From assembly GCA_965212195.1 (NCBI GenBank), contig CBDBUW010000012.1, forward strand, positions 193,566 through 257,565: 64,000 nucleotides of DNA. Direction: 5' to 3'. The stretch's first letter is position 1; each line of letters begins with the position of its first letter. The DNA comes from Cyclobacteriaceae bacterium. Lineage in GTDB: Bacteria; Bacteroidota; Bacteroidia; Cytophagales; Cyclobacteriaceae. Positions 9,602-18,663 of the stretch are shown in pieces. Position numbers and translations under genes: made by a program. The notes beneath the pieces were generated by a model that ran no database searches, was not told the origin of the DNA, and saw nothing but the letters and a program-made list of their open reading frames with translations.

Positions 9602-9695
9602 ATTAAAATTACTATCATTCCGACCCGACTTGCTCAGCTGGTGCTGGGCGCAATCTGGGCCCCTCGCTAAAATGATCCACTGGATCATTTCTTAA

Positions 9696-9727
9696 CGCTC
9701 GGTCCTCAGCTGAGCTAAGGAGGCATT
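9696..9727 (-). repeat. duplicated 5-prime fragment of tRNA-Thr (acceptor + D-arm only)
   Basis: The 21-nt exact repeat cagctgagctaaggaggcatt occurs at 9584-9604 and 9707-9727. The upstream copy keeps GCCTCCT-TA-GCTC...GAGC. It has no anticodon arm, T arm or 3-prime acceptor. Confidence 0.8.
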
Positions 9728-9816
9728 TGAATTATGAATTTTGAACTCAGAATAAAGAACGCTGAAGTTTCCAAAATCGAGAATTCATAATTCGTCTTCC
9801 GTAATTCGTAACTGAT
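9726..9816. repeat. heptad-periodic element (six NNNGAAY units, then AATTCRT units) with a 12-bp inverted repeat
   Basis: It reads tttgaat tatgaat tttgaac tcagaat aaagaac gctgaag tttccaa aatcgag aattcat aattcgt cttccgt aattcgt aactgat. GAATTATGAATT (9729-9740) is the exact reverse complement of 9782-9793. Confidence 0.7.
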
Positions 9817-9896
9817 CACGGCGCAGCAAAAATAAAATAGAATGACCTTTCTACCAAAGGAGTGGTGAACTTTATTACTGGCTATCATTGGTTAGA

Positions 9897-11180
9897 TCAA
9901 GAGTGTTCACCAGATGTTAACTTAATATTTGTATTTCCCAAATTTTCAGATTCAATTACTAAAAGGCGATTGTACTTGGCCAACCTTTCAGATTGCGTTA
10001 TGGATCCCACTTTAATGAAATCACCGGCCCAACCGGTAGCCAGGTCCGACAACCAATGATCTTCCGTTTCACCGCTACGAGCGCTTACCACGATCTTCCA
10101 TCCGGCATCCCTAGCCAGTGAAAATGCCTGTAAGGCTTCGGTCAGAGTACCAATCTGGTTTACTTTCAATAGTAGACTGTTGGAGGCTTTTTTACTTATG
10201 GCTTTTTCAATACGGATGGGATTGGTGCATAATAAGTCATCTCCTAATACCAATGTACCTTCAGGTACTTTATCCATGAATTGTATCCATCCCTGCCAAT
10301 CGTTTTCCGCCAAACCGTCTTCAATGCTGATAATGGGAAACTGCTGCTTCCATTCCACTAACCGCCCAATCATTTGTTCAGCAGAAAGCTGGGCTCCGTC
10401 TATCAGATAATGACCGCCTTCGTAGAAATGAGAGGCCGCTACGTCCAGGGTAAGCGCAATGTCCTTACCGGGAGTAAAGCCTGCCTGCCGGATACAATTG
10501 ACGGCCTCTTGGATCATTTCTTCGGATGAACTAAAAGAAGGCGCCAGTCCCCCCTCATCTGCCGTTAACAGTCGCATTTGGTAATGAGAAGCCATGCGCT
10601 GCACAGCGGTGTAGTACACGGTATGCATCATTTCCATAGTTTCAGAAATACTGCTGGCCTTTAGCATGACCAACTGTACGTCCTGGATAGACGTTTGATG
10701 TCCTCCGTGTTTACCACCGCTGAAAAGATTGATCATTGGCCGGGGGAGCTTAGGCTCTACCTCTGCTATAGCGCTTAGGTGCTGATAAAGGGGAAGTTTT
10801 TTAGTTCTTGCCTGAGCTCTGCAAAAAGCTAGCGACACTCCCAGAATGGCATTCGCCCCCAATTTTGATTTGTTGGGGGTGCCATCCAACTCCATCAGAG
10901 CTTGATCTAAGTCCTGCTGTGTCTGGAACTCTTGGTTGGACAGATAATCGTTTATTAGGGTATTGACGTTTTCTACCACCCTTCTGCATCCTTTACCGTG
11001 ATAGCGATTATCCTCAAGATCCCTTAGCTCTATGGCTTCGGCGGCTCCTGTAGAGGCACCGGAGGGTACGGAGGCAGTGCCCATAGTACCATCGTTCAAA
11101 TGGCACCAGGCTTGTATTGTGGGCTGCCCTCTGCTGTCTAAAATTTCCAAAGCGGACACCGATTGGATGGCGTTATTCAT
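9897..11180 (-). CDS. enolase-family protein, divergent paralog
   Basis: 427 aa, collinear with enolase. Matching segments are LDSRGQPT, SVPSGASTGAAEAIELRD, TADEGGLAP, LDVAASHFY, ISIEDGLAENDW, GDDLLCTN, LLKVNQIGTLTE, ARSGETED and FIKVGSITQSERLAKYNRLL. The usual SHRSGETED His is Ala, and the QEF Glu is Asp. Confidence 0.85.
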   Translation of the reverse strand: MNNAIQSVSALEILDSRGQPTIQAWCHLNDGTMGTASVPSGASTGAAEAIELRDLEDNRYHGKGCRRVVENVNTLINDYLSNQEFQTQQDLDQALMELDGTPNKSKLGANAILGVSLAFCRAQARTKKLPLYQHLSAIAEVEPKLPRPMINLFSGGKHGGHQTSIQDVQLVMLKASSISETMEMMHTVYYTAVQRMASHYQMRLLTADEGGLAPSFSSSEEMIQEAVNCIRQAGFTPGKDIALTLDVAASHFYEGGHYLIDGAQLSAEQMIGRLVEWKQQFPIISIEDGLAENDWQGWIQFMDKVPEGTLVLGDDLLCTNPIRIEKAISKKASNSLLLKVNQIGTLTEALQAFSLARDAGWKIVVSARSGETEDHWLSDLATGWAGDFIKVGSITQSERLAKYNRLLVIESENLGNTNIKLTSGEHS

Positions 11181-12237
11181 ATAATTTGCTTTTTATGTTA
11201 GTAATTAATTGAGGGACATCTTTAGCAGGCTGCTCCATTAATTCTAAAACCATCCTCGATTGGTTTTCCTGCTGTGGTTTCGTTAAGTACTCCAGGGGAG
11301 ACCGACCTGCTACCCTGGCTAATAGGCAACCCAAGGTGTGAAGTACGGAGTATTCTTCCAGATCTTGGGTTAAATTGTGCTGATGAAGGTGGCCTTGATA
11401 ATGTTGCCAGAAAAGTATGGCCAATTCCAGAAAATTCTCACTTAACTCCTGAAAGTGATGGGCTTTACTGATAAAATGAGTGAGGGCAAAACCAACGTCG
11501 AATGCCGGGTCGCCATAATGCATGACCTCATGATCAATAAGGAACAGCTGTTGATCGGCTATCAAAACGTTTTTAGGACTGTAGTCACCATGAACCAGGG
11601 CTTGTTTGCGCTTAAGGGTCGCATGAATAAGCGGTTCCAGTAGCTTTTTGGATTCAGGAATCTTATTGAGGACAAATCTATAGTAGGGTTCCAGTCTTAG
11701 AGATTCAAAAAACGAGGAGTCCCTGAACTCTCCTTTTATTTCGGGATAGAAGTTAGACGCGTTATGGATTTTAGCCAGTAACCGGCCGAACTCAATGGCA
11801 TGGGCAGGGACTAGCTTACCTCGCATGAGGTTCGCTTTCCAATTAGTATGTGGCATTCTCACCGCTGCCATTATTAAAATATGGTGCTCCTGGCTCTCGT
11901 GAAGGAAATCCGGCACATTTTCTGGAATAATCCTTTTAAGCCATCGCAGGCCCAGGGCTTCTATGTGTATGCGGTGCGGTGAACTAAACCAATCGCTTTT
12001 TACCCTTAGTTTTGGCAATGCTTGTTTTGCCACCATGTTGTTCCCCGAAGAAGGTGCTATTAGGATGGTCCGATTGGAAACTCCTCCCTCCAACTTGATT
12101 ATTTGAGGAGTTTCCTCCCCAGGCAACAATCCCTTTTCTTTCAGAAACTGTATTATTTCGGATGAGTGCTCAATGTTCATGGATACCAGGGCCTCAGGAC
12201 TTTCATTTAAGATTTCTTGACTAGCTATGAATTGCAA
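11173..12237 (-). CDS. protein-kinase-fold phosphotransferase (APH / 5-methylthioribose-kinase-like)
   Basis: 354 aa. The catalytic loop LVHGDYSPKNVLI and the metal loop LIDHEVMHYGDPAFDVGF resemble MtnK/APH. The stop overlaps the enolase-like start by 8 nt. The ORF-track start is TTG 12237, and an alternative ATG is at 12180. Confidence 0.7.
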   Translation of the reverse strand: MQFIASQEILNESPEALVSMNIEHSSEIIQFLKEKGLLPGEETPQIIKLEGGVSNRTILIAPSSGNNMVAKQALPKLRVKSDWFSSPHRIHIEALGLRWLKRIIPENVPDFLHESQEHHILIMAAVRMPHTNWKANLMRGKLVPAHAIEFGRLLAKIHNASNFYPEIKGEFRDSSFFESLRLEPYYRFVLNKIPESKKLLEPLIHATLKRKQALVHGDYSPKNVLIADQQLFLIDHEVMHYGDPAFDVGFALTHFISKAHHFQELSENFLELAILFWQHYQGHLHQHNLTQDLEEYSVLHTLGCLLARVAGRSPLEYLTKPQQENQSRMVLELMEQPAKDVPQLITNIKSKLYE

Positions 12238-12372
12238 AGGTAAAATAAGGTGATAATTGGATAAAATTCACCATCCGGCATTTATGATAAAACTTATATA
12301 TTGTAATAATTGCTGTGGTATTCCTTGAAATCCTAAGCTGTCGATTAATTCTGGAAAAAGTAATTGTAAAAC

Positions 12373-13491
12373 ATGTCAATAATTTCAAGAAGTGCAGTGG
12401 CCCGGGGGGATGGCACTTTCGCCATAGATGAAGTAACCCTGGCGTCCCCGGAATCAGACGAAGTTATAGTAAAGATCAAAGCCGCCGGGGTATGTCATAC
12501 GGATTACGACTCGTTATCCTGGGGCAAGCCCATAGTCATGGGACATGAAGGAGCAGGGGTGGTAGAGGCCGTGGGCCCGGGAATTACCGAATTTAGCAGC
12601 GGCGATCAGGTCATACTAAACTGGGCCACCCCCTGTATGAACTGCTTTCAATGCCAGCAAGGCAATCAACACATTTGCGAGAATAACTCTCCGGTGGTAG
12701 CCGGAAGCAATGGGCATACCCCCGGGCATGCAAGTTTTGCAGGCACATTATGGAAGGGGGAACCCATCGAGCGCTCTTTCAATATTGGTACCCTTAGCGA
12801 CTATACGCTGGTTAAGCAGTCTGCCTTGGTCAAAATAAAAGATGAAGACCTGAACTTTTCAGCCGCTAGCATAATAAGTTGTGGGGTAATGACAGGTTAC
12901 GGATCAGTGGTCAACGCTGCTAAACTGGTAGCTGGCAGTTCAGCAGTGGTTTTAGGTTGCGGGGGTGTGGGTTTGAATGTGATCCAGGGCGCCAGAATCT
13001 CCAGAGCGGCTATGATCGTGGCGGTGGATACTAACGCAGAAAAACTCGAACTGGCTAAACAGTTGGGAGCCACCCATACCATTTTGGCGGACAAAAACGA
13101 CCGTGGATTGGAACAGACCGCGGAAAAGGTGAGAAATCTGTGCCATGGTAGGGGTGCGGACTATGCTTTTGAATGTACCGCCGTGCCGGCATTGGGTGCT
13201 GCCCCGTTGGCCATGATTAGAAATGCCGGGACTGCAGTTCAAGTAAGTGGAATCGAGGAAGAAATTACCATTGATATGAGCCTGTTTGAATGGGATAAGA
13301 TCTATATCAACCCACTTTACGGAAAGTGCCGCCCGCAGATTGATTTTCCTGAACTTATGCGATTATATAAAGAGGGAGCTCTTAAATTAGAAGAAATGAT
13401 CACTCGTGAATATTCGCTTGATAATCTTCAGCAGGCTTTTGATGATATGATTGGGGGTAAAAATGCCAAGGGAGTGGTAACATTTGAATAA
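12373..13491 (+). CDS. zinc-dependent alcohol dehydrogenase (class III / S-(hydroxymethyl)glutathione dehydrogenase-like)
   Basis: 372 aa with GVCHTD, GHEGAGVVEAVG, the structural-zinc Cys cluster CMNCFQCQQGNQHIC and the GCGGVG Rossmann motif. Confidence 0.8.
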   Translation: MSIISRSAVARGDGTFAIDEVTLASPESDEVIVKIKAAGVCHTDYDSLSWGKPIVMGHEGAGVVEAVGPGITEFSSGDQVILNWATPCMNCFQCQQGNQHICENNSPVVAGSNGHTPGHASFAGTLWKGEPIERSFNIGTLSDYTLVKQSALVKIKDEDLNFSAASIISCGVMTGYGSVVNAAKLVAGSSAVVLGCGGVGLNVIQGARISRAAMIVAVDTNAEKLELAKQLGATHTILADKNDRGLEQTAEKVRNLCHGRGADYAFECTAVPALGAAPLAMIRNAGTAVQVSGIEEEITIDMSLFEWDKIYINPLYGKCRPQIDFPELMRLYKEGALKLEEMITREYSLDNLQQAFDDMIGGKNAKGVVTFE

Positions 13492-13510
13492 TAGGAAACC
13501 TTAGATATCC

Positions 13511-14320
13511 GTGAGTAGCTTTAGAACAGTACAATTATCAGATAGGAACTATGAGAACGCCGGGTTGCGCTTCCTGACAGTTAAGTCAAACCACTTAAAG
13601 GGACGAGGAGATATCTGTGTTTATGTACCTGAACTAGAGATAGATATAACAAATATTCCCGTATATATTCTGTTACATGGAGTTTATGGAAGTGCCTGGG
13701 CCTGGGCTATGAAAGGAGGAGCCCATATAACTGCGCAAAACTTAATTTCTAATGGAGAGATAAGACCGGCCATTGTGGCCATGCCTTCCGATGGACTCTG
13801 GGGTGATGGTTCAGGATATTTGACACATCAAGATAGAAATTTTGCCCAATGGATCGTATCGGACGTACCTGCTGCAATTATTGAAAATATTTCCGGCGCC
13901 GATATACATTCTCCCATTTGTATTGGTGGCTTTTCCATGGGTGGGTATGGTGCGTTGGTATTGGGGTCCCAATTCCCGAATAAATTTAAAGCTATTTCGG
14001 CGCATAGCTCCATTACCAAATTTGAACAAATGGCCGGTTTCGTGGAAGAACCTCTGGGATCTTTCAAAATTCAAGGACTTGAGAACGACGTTATCGATTA
14101 TGTGAGCAGAAAACCCCATGAATTGCCCCCGTTACGATTTGATTGCGGGATCCAAGATGATTTGTTGCAGGCCAATAGGGAGCTACATCGCCAATTGGGG
14201 GATCTTAAGATCGAGCATCAATACCATGAATTTGAAGGCGGACATGAATGGCCCTACTGGCAAAAGAACCTGGAGCACAGCTTGCGTTTTTTTGATAAGC
14301 AGGTTACATCTTCGCTATAG
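13511..14320 (+). CDS. esterase family alpha/beta hydrolase (esterase D / S-formylglutathione hydrolase-like)
   Basis: 269 aa with a GTG start and the nucleophile elbow GFSMGGYGA. It sits directly downstream of the class III-like ADH. Confidence 0.6.
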   Translation: MSSFRTVQLSDRNYENAGLRFLTVKSNHLKGRGDICVYVPELEIDITNIPVYILLHGVYGSAWAWAMKGGAHITAQNLISNGEIRPAIVAMPSDGLWGDGSGYLTHQDRNFAQWIVSDVPAAIIENISGADIHSPICIGGFSMGGYGALVLGSQFPNKFKAISAHSSITKFEQMAGFVEEPLGSFKIQGLENDVIDYVSRKPHELPPLRFDCGIQDDLLQANRELHRQLGDLKIEHQYHEFEGGHEWPYWQKNLEHSLRFFDKQVTSSL

Positions 14321-14433
14321 GCTGGAAATTTTATGAACCAAACCTTATCTTGTAAAAACTATTTATAATATCAATTCGTGTTATTCCTGGTGATTTTTAA
14401 TATTAATGCCCCCGGTACCGCTATACAGCAGTT

Positions 14434-15585
14434 ATGAACAAACACCAAATACTTGCTGAGTATGCCAATTATTTTACCGGGACTCCATTACTGGTCAACG
14501 CACCGGGCAGAATTAACTTGATTGGTGAACATACCGACTATAATCATGGGTTTGTAATGCCTGCCGCTATTAACAAGAGTTTGTTTCTAGCCATGAATAA
14601 GTCTGATCAACCGGATACCGTTAAGGTTCGTTCATACGATTATGACCAGGAAGAAACCTTCATTTTAGGCACCTCACCACGCCCTTTCAACTCCTGGAGA
14701 AGCTACGTTCAAGCCATTTTTCAGGAGTTGGAGGCCAGATCTAAGCCTCTATCGGGATTCAACTGTGTTTTCGGCAGCGATATACCGGTGGGGGCGGGCA
14801 TGTCATCCTCCGCGGCCTTATGCTGCGGTTTCATAAGTGGCGTGAACAGGTTGTTCAATTGGGAGTTATCTAAATTGGAGATTGCCCAAATCGCGCAAGC
14901 TGCAGAGCACCGAATAGGCGCTCATGTGGGTTTAATGGATCAGTTTGCCGTGATGCATGGTAAAAAAGACCATGTGATCCAGCTGGACTGCCTGGATTAT
15001 AGCTATGAATATAATCCTCTGAAGCTAAAAGATCTTTCACTGGTCTTGATTAACAGCAATGTAAAGCATGAATTGGTAGACTCTGAATATAACGATCGCC
15101 GTGCCAGTTGCGAGAAGGCGCTGAGCCAGCTGCAACAGTTACGTCCTGAGATCAATACCCTTAGGGATGTGAATATGAACGACCTTGAAAATGCTGACTT
15201 TCTAGACCCTACTGATTTGAAAAGGGTGCAATTCGTACTTCATGAGAACTATCGGGTTAAACTAACTTCCCAGGCCTTGAAAGGGGGTCGCTTCCAAGAG
15301 GTAGGGAAGTTGTTATATCAATCACACCAGGGATTAAGCCAGGAGTACCAGGTAAGCTGTCCGGAGTTGGATCTGTTGGTTGACTTGACCAAACAAGAAC
15401 AGGGAGTGTTGGGTGCTCGTATGATGGGAGGAGGCTTCGGGGGCTGCTCCATTAACTTGGTTCGCCATAATGAACTGGACGATACCATTTTACGAATAAT
15501 GGAACAGTATGAACAGCAAACCAAAATCACGCCGGAATCCTATATGGTTTCAATTGAAGATGGGGTTAAGCTGTTCGAAGACTAG
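14434..15585 (+). CDS. galK: galactokinase
   Basis: It has the NAPGRINLIGEHTDYNHGFVMPAAI signature and the GHMP ATP motif PVGAGMSSSAA. Length is 383 aa. Confidence 0.92.
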   Translation: MNKHQILAEYANYFTGTPLLVNAPGRINLIGEHTDYNHGFVMPAAINKSLFLAMNKSDQPDTVKVRSYDYDQEETFILGTSPRPFNSWRSYVQAIFQELEARSKPLSGFNCVFGSDIPVGAGMSSSAALCCGFISGVNRLFNWELSKLEIAQIAQAAEHRIGAHVGLMDQFAVMHGKKDHVIQLDCLDYSYEYNPLKLKDLSLVLINSNVKHELVDSEYNDRRASCEKALSQLQQLRPEINTLRDVNMNDLENADFLDPTDLKRVQFVLHENYRVKLTSQALKGGRFQEVGKLLYQSHQGLSQEYQVSCPELDLLVDLTKQEQGVLGARMMGGGFGGCSINLVRHNELDDTILRIMEQYEQQTKITPESYMVSIEDGVKLFED

Positions 15586-15596
15586 TGGTGAAAACC

Positions 15597-15938
15597 TTAT
15601 GGCTGGAGTTTGAATATCTTTTCCATAACTACCCATTTTTCACCTTTATCCGCCCAGGGTAGTAATTGTTGGAATTGACTCATCAACTTCTCCCATTCCT
15701 GTACTCTGGGATTATCTGCATCCATACGGGCTTTTCTAAAGAAATCAAAGGTTTCGTCAACTTCCATGATCATAAAAAGTCGGTTACCCGTTAGGTAGAT
15801 CTCCATATCCAGGATCCCGGCATCTTTGATGCTTTCGGTAATCTCCGGCCAGGTATTTCCCGCAGCATGATATCGCTTATACTCAGCAATCAGCTCTGGG
15901 TTATCTTTCAAATCACAGGCTAGGCAATACCTTCTCAT
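15597..15938 (-). CDS. L-rhamnose mutarotase (RhaM/DUF718) family protein
   Basis: 113 aa small ferredoxin-like protein, MRRYCLACDLKDNPELIAEYKRYH...WPEI. Its start overlaps the fucP stop by 4 nt (ATGA). Confidence 0.7.
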   Translation of the reverse strand: MRRYCLACDLKDNPELIAEYKRYHAAGNTWPEITESIKDAGILDMEIYLTGNRLFMIMEVDETFDFFRKARMDADNPRVQEWEKLMSQFQQLLPWADKGEKWVVMEKIFKLQP

Positions 15939-17269
15939 AGCTGGGGATCTGATTTTAAGACCATCATTCTATACGTCCGGTATCCATAAGCAGCCACCAG
16001 CACAAAGCATATTAAAGGCAGCGTAAAGGAGATATTAACCTCAGGAACACCTAATATCCTGACATCGGCGTAGCCGTTGCCCCCAATATCCAGAATCGCT
16101 CCTTGTAATACCGGCATTATAGCTCCTCCTACGATAGCCATTACCAAAAATGCCGCTCCATACTTGGCGTCTTCACCAACACCGGTCAGGGAAATGCCGT
16201 ATATGGTAGGAAACATAACCGACATGCACAAAGAAATACCTACCAATGAATAGAGGCCCCACATACCTTGAATGAAAATGGCTCCCATGGTAAAAGTGAT
16301 GGCGCCAAATGCAAAGTACATTAATAGCTTACCGGAGTCGAAAAATTTTAACAGGTAGGTGCCAACCCAGCGACCCACCAGGAACAGCCCCAGGGCTACG
16401 TAAGCGTAACTAACAGCACTTTGATTGTTGATCCCCAGGGTTTCAGCATATTGATAGATATAGGTCCAGCACATGATTTGAGCACCTACATAGAACATCT
16501 GTGCGAATACTCCTTCTACGAACCTTTTATTCTTAAACAGCCGCTTCAGGGAATTTGCCACAGAATCATTCTGCTCAGAATGTTTTTCAGGCATTCTGAC
16601 CAAGGAAATCATTACCAGCATGAACAGTACAAATAATCCCAGTATTACGTAAGGGTTGCGAATTACTGCAAGATCTGCGGTACGTACTGCCGCTTTAGCT
16701 GTTTCGGAAAGCGTATCATATATGGGGTTTCCCTGGGCATCGAGGTCATCGGATTGCAATGAACCCAGAATGAATGTCTGTGCCACGAAAAGTCCAGTTA
16801 GGGCTCCAATTGGGTTAAACGCCTGTGCCAGATTTAATCTCCTAGTAGCGGTACTTTCATGTCCCATCGACAAAATAAATGGATTGGCGGTAGTTTCCAG
16901 GAAAGCCAAACCGAAGGTAAGGATATACAATGCGGCCAAGAAAAAGCCGAACTCCGCATAGGCTGCAGCCGGATAGAACAACAGCGCACCCAGTGCATAC
17001 AGCAGGAGTCCCAGTAGGACGCCTTTCTTATAGCTGTACTTTTTCACAAACATTGCTGCTGGGAAGGCCATGGTAAAATATCCCCCGTAAAAAGCCATTT
17101 GTACCCAAGAGGCCTGAGTGTTGTTCAGTTCAAGCACTTTTTTAAAGGCCGATACCATAGGATTGGTGATATCATTGGCGAAACCCCATAATGCAAACAG
17201 TGAAGTAATTAAAATGAAAGGGATCAGTATCTGTTTGGATACCACTGGGGTTTCATTGGTGTGTTTCAT
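15935..17269 (-). CDS. fucP: L-fucose:H+ symporter family MFS permease
   Basis: 444 aa, collinear with E. coli FucP. Matching segments are LFALWGFANDITNPMV, WVQMAFYGGYF, LLYALGALLFYPAA, LETTANPF and RLNLAQAFNPIGA. Confidence 0.8.
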   Translation of the reverse strand: MKHTNETPVVSKQILIPFILITSLFALWGFANDITNPMVSAFKKVLELNNTQASWVQMAFYGGYFTMAFPAAMFVKKYSYKKGVLLGLLLYALGALLFYPAAAYAEFGFFLAALYILTFGLAFLETTANPFILSMGHESTATRRLNLAQAFNPIGALTGLFVAQTFILGSLQSDDLDAQGNPIYDTLSETAKAAVRTADLAVIRNPYVILGLFVLFMLVMISLVRMPEKHSEQNDSVANSLKRLFKNKRFVEGVFAQMFYVGAQIMCWTYIYQYAETLGINNQSAVSYAYVALGLFLVGRWVGTYLLKFFDSGKLLMYFAFGAITFTMGAIFIQGMWGLYSLVGISLCMSVMFPTIYGISLTGVGEDAKYGAAFLVMAIVGGAIMPVLQGAILDIGGNGYADVRILGVPEVNISFTLPLICFVLVAAYGYRTYRMMVLKSDPQL

Positions 17270-17398
17270 GGATGAATACCGGGGCTTTTGGTTTAAGATG
17301 TAGTCATTCTTTTTTGCAAGGGGAGGTATCTTGTGCTATTAAGATCTTGCTTTTGGAAAACAACATAGCATTTTATTGATGATTCTACCAGATTAATA

Positions 17399-18412
17399 CT
17401 ATAATTCAATCATTGCTTTTATAACCCCGCTCTCAGGATTCACCCATTCTTCGAAATGTGCGATCATCTGGTCAAACGGAACCGTATGGGTAATGAAAGC
17501 TTCTGTGGGAAACGCTTGTCTTTCCAGCATTTTGATGACCAATTCAAAGTCTTCCCGGGTGGCATTACGACTGCACATCAGAGTAGCTTCTTTAGCATGG
17601 ATATAGGGGTGATTGAAGGTTAGCTGGTCCTTTGACAGTCCCACAAGAATATATCGTCCGCCATGGGCCATAAACTGAGGTCCCGCTTCCAGCGCTTGTC
17701 GGTTACCCGTGGCGTCAAAAACGGCGGTAGCAAGATCCTCATTAGTGATCTCTTGTACTTTTGCTAAGGGATCGCTGGCTACATTTATGGTATGATTTAC
17801 ACCGACAACCTCTTGTGCAAATTGTAGTCGTTGATGGTTGATGTCCATGGCAATTACTTTTGCTCCCATCATCTGGGCCAAAGCCATAATTCCCAATCCA
17901 ATGGGACCGGCACCCATTACTGCGATAGACTCTCCCGCCTGCAGGTTGCTTCTTCTCAAGGCGTGTGCCCCAATGGACAATGGTTCGACAATGGCCATCT
18001 CCTGGTAGGAGAGTTGGGGTGCCGGGATTAGAAAGTCATGGTTTACGGCAATTTTTTCCTGCATCCCGCCATCAGTATGTACGCCCAACACCTCAAGGTG
18101 CTGGCAACAGTTGGTCTTGCCCTGGCGGCAGGCAATGCATGTGCCGCAACTCATATAAGGCATTACCACCACCTTGTCGCCGGCTTTGAGAGTAGGATGC
18201 CCCTCGATTTCTAATATTTGGGCGGCCAGCTCATGCCCCAAAATGCGAGGGTAGGTAAAATACGCCTGATTGCCGGTGTAGGCATGGAGGTCGGTGCCGC
18301 AAATACCTATGTTCTTTATTTGAAGCAGCGCCTCATGAGGTGAATTTGTAGGCACCTCCTTCTGCTTCAGCTTAAACTCACCGGGTTTTTCACAAACAAT
18401 AAAATTCATCAT
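17399..18412 (-). CDS. zinc-dependent medium-chain dehydrogenase (polyol / sugar-acid dehydrogenase-like)
   Basis: It has GICGTDLH, GHE, the structural-zinc cluster CGTCIACRQGKTNCC and GAGPIGLG. The ORF track extends to 18454, but the conserved MDR N-terminus begins at MMNFIVCEKPG (ATG 18412 or 18409). Confidence 0.8.
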   Translation of the reverse strand: MMNFIVCEKPGEFKLKQKEVPTNSPHEALLQIKNIGICGTDLHAYTGNQAYFTYPRILGHELAAQILEIEGHPTLKAGDKVVVMPYMSCGTCIACRQGKTNCCQHLEVLGVHTDGGMQEKIAVNHDFLIPAPQLSYQEMAIVEPLSIGAHALRRSNLQAGESIAVMGAGPIGLGIMALAQMMGAKVIAMDINHQRLQFAQEVVGVNHTINVASDPLAKVQEITNEDLATAVFDATGNRQALEAGPQFMAHGGRYILVGLSKDQLTFNHPYIHAKEATLMCSRNATREDFELVIKMLERQAFPTEAFITHTVPFDQMIAHFEEWVNPESGVIKAMIEL

Positions 18413-18533
18413 GGGCCGATAGTGAAAATTTGCCATGCCTGGTGTATTGGGCAAAATCCCTTTACCCCAATCTTAAAATACTCTAATATTCCTCACGATA
18501 TGAAACAAATACCGGAAATGAAAAATCTAACCA

Positions 18534-18601
18534 CTTTAAAATAAGTTAAGCAGGAGTAATTACCATCAATTGGTCACTTCGATCCTCGCTCCCTGCTTAA
18601 C
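18534..18601 (-). terminator. possible terminator hairpin after the DUF5107 gene
   Basis: A perfect 10-bp inverted repeat, GTTAAGCAGG (18545-18554) with CCTGCTTAAC (18592-18601), has a 37-nt loop. On the minus strand it is followed by TTATTTTAAAG. The loop is atypically long. Confidence 0.35.
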
Positions 18602-18663
18602 AGCATTTGTTTTCAATTTGATTTACATCCTCGTTAGAAGCTCTTCTTAATGGATGATTTGCG

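Noticed and set aside
9631-9648. Plus-strand GCTCAGCTGG resembling a tRNA D-arm between the tRNA and its duplicated fragment
   Set aside because: No matching GAGC, anticodon arm, T arm or acceptor stem can be drawn. The resemblance comes from the CAGCTG palindrome.
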